A stretch of DNA of 64,000 nt from Heptranchias perlo. Taxonomy: Eukaryota. Location: NCBI RefSeq assembly GCF_035084215.1, contig NC_090325.1:184450001-184514000 (forward strand). Direction: 5' to 3'. Each line of letters starts with the position of its first letter. Positions within the stretch are counted from its first letter, which is position 1. Below are positions 62,073-64,000 of this stretch, one piece after another. The translations under genes were made by a program, and so were the position numbers. The notes beneath the pieces are model-generated. The model worked only from the letters and a program-made list of their open reading frames with translations, ran no database searches and was not told where the DNA came from.

Positions 62073-63099
62073 TGCAGGGGCGGTGAAAAAGTCAAACGGG
62101 ATCTTCGGGGCCCCGTGCAAAGCTTTGGTTTGAGGTAGCCTACATTTTATTAGACCATGATATTAAACGTTCAGTCGATCCGTTCGGGGCCTCGTGCAAT
62201 TGCACAGTTTGCACGGCCCTAACGTTGCCCTTGACACGAGATGGAGCACAAGTCCAGGAAGTGATGACTCGTGATAATAGTGAGAGCACTGGTCTGCCCT
62301 CCCCTTGACGATTGAAGTTCTGGGCACTGAACCATATGGGAAACATCCTGGCCTTGGAGGGAGTATAAAGAAGGGAAACAAAGTTAATAACTGGGATTGG
62401 ACATTGGTGCTTTGAGGAGAGACTGGGTATGGAAGATGTTTACGTGGCTTAGAGATGATCTTACTGAGGTATTTAAGATCTTAGCATTGAACATCCTTAT
62501 GCAATCCAATTTATCGATTCCATTTAACTCGAGCTCTAGGACAAGGAGACGCAGGCTCGAAGGTTACATGAGAAGTTGAATACATGGTTACGATATAACT
62601 TCCTACACAGAGGCTATGTGGAATAACAGACCCAGGAGCCAATGGCTGCAGTTATATATCTCATGGGTGATGGATATATTTTTGGCTGATAGGGATAGTG
62701 AAGGGTATGAGACAGAAAGTGGGACATGAAAGTCTATGACCTTTGTGACTGGCCTGATGAATGGAAATGGTCTCTCCCAATCTGTACAGTTTGATGTCCC
62801 TAAGGGCAATGGGTCATATTTTGGCAGGGGTGGGGGGGGGGGAAGAGAAGGGGAAGAGGTGTTATTTAAGTATGTCTAGTGATGTATCATGTTTGCCAGG
62901 AGCTGAACAGAAACTCTGGAAGCAAAGCAGCTCGCAGCCACCATCTTTATTTTCATTTATTAGTCAGAGCAATTAAGCTCTTCTCATGAAAAGAGCTAAA
63001 TCCACCCCTCTGTAATCAGAGGCAAGCATTCACTGGCTTTCATTACTTGTATCATCTGAAGTGCATACTGTCTCAATAAAATGGCTTGTTCTTCCCCAG

Positions 63100-63193
63100 T
63101 TATTATGTGAATGGGCGGAATACATCACTAAAGGACTTCCTCAGCCCCAAGGTGTTGGACAGCCTCATGCTTAAAATCAATCAAATTCTTACG
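63100..63193 (+). CDS. HPSE: Heparanase exon 7 (gene continues beyond the window)
   Basis: YYVNGRNTSLKDFLSPKVLDSL; 94 bp; donor ACG|GTAAGC. Confidence 0.95.
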
Positions 63194-64000
63194 GTAAGCA
63201 AAACATTCATGTACAGTGGCAGGGCTAGTCAAATACACTGACCCCGATATTAACCGGGAGGCGGGGAGGGGGCGGGGGAGCCCGGAAGCAGGAGAAGAAC
63301 CCGACATGTCCGGGGATGTAGAAGCCCTGCTGATCTTAACGGCAGGGCTCATTTAAATAGACTCCCGCCCTACAGCCGGCCAGATTGAGAGCCCTGCTGG
63401 TGGGCTGGAGCAGGAGGCTGCAGCTGGGGACCCACGGGAACGGTCTCCAACAGTCAGTGGGGGGAGAGGAAGTCTCCGGTCGCAATTGGGAGTCGGGGGG
63501 GGTGGTGGAAGGATTCAGACTTTGATCTGGTTGGGGGGGAGCCTGCTGATGGCTGCGATCAGGAGCGGGGTGGGGGTTAAAATCGATGCCACTATCTTCA
63601 GCAAAACCAGTACTGAACATTTGAGGGGGTGGGAAGTTAATGATGGAAACTTATAACTGAAGATTATAAAATCTGCTCCAAGCAATCAATCATTGACGGA
63701 TCATTTGCAGTAATATCTATGTTTTTCCCCCAATTGTCACTATTATGTAGCTGGAGAAACCAGAAACGAGGGAACTGTACTGTGTACACCATTGGACATT
63801 GGGATTTCCCCATTAAAGTTTTCTTTAAATGTAAAAATCTTATTTGCTCCGATCACTGGGCAGTGCAGTGTTGTTGAACAGCAATCCATCAATCAATTTG
63901 CTTAAGTTGTTTCCTCAGTTTGAAATGAGTCCTTTTAAAGTTGTATATGCGGCTTCTGATCTCTGGTATTTCTGAGTGCCAGATCATGTTGAACTTGATA

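Noticed and set aside
46396-63193. Alternative assignment as HPSE2
   Set aside because: Catalytic WELGNEPN plus adjacency to HELQ, compact introns and a short linker exon fit HPSE

Overview
Eukaryotic genomic DNA from a vertebrate; the repeat content (abundant CR1 LINEs, Deu-type tRNA SINEs, Penelope-like and Harbinger relics) suggests a cartilaginous fish such as a shark (inference). The + strand carries a complete HELQ helicase gene (18 coding exons, 4454-43769, all GT-AG and phase-consistent, about 1103 aa) and the first 7 coding exons of heparanase (HPSE, 46396 onward, running off the window). A CpG-rich bidirectional promoter at about 3560-3900 probably also drives a minus-strand gene, likely MRPS18C by synteny. 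The most interesting non-genic signal is four young Penelope-like insertions with 12-bp target duplications. Three are fold-back palindromes (the longest has arms of about 430 bp) and three carry minimal hammerhead ribozyme motifs with covarying stems. In two mini-copies the sense arm starts at or within 2 nt of the predicted cleavage site. Also notable: a 40-bp minisatellite that supplies the HELQ stop codon, a tandem repeat that supplies a HELQ splice acceptor, LF-SINE-like elements, and Harbinger relics. Penelope hammerheads are a known class, so I see no wholly new system that I can prove. Repeat boundaries were read by eye and are approximate unless a TSD is given.
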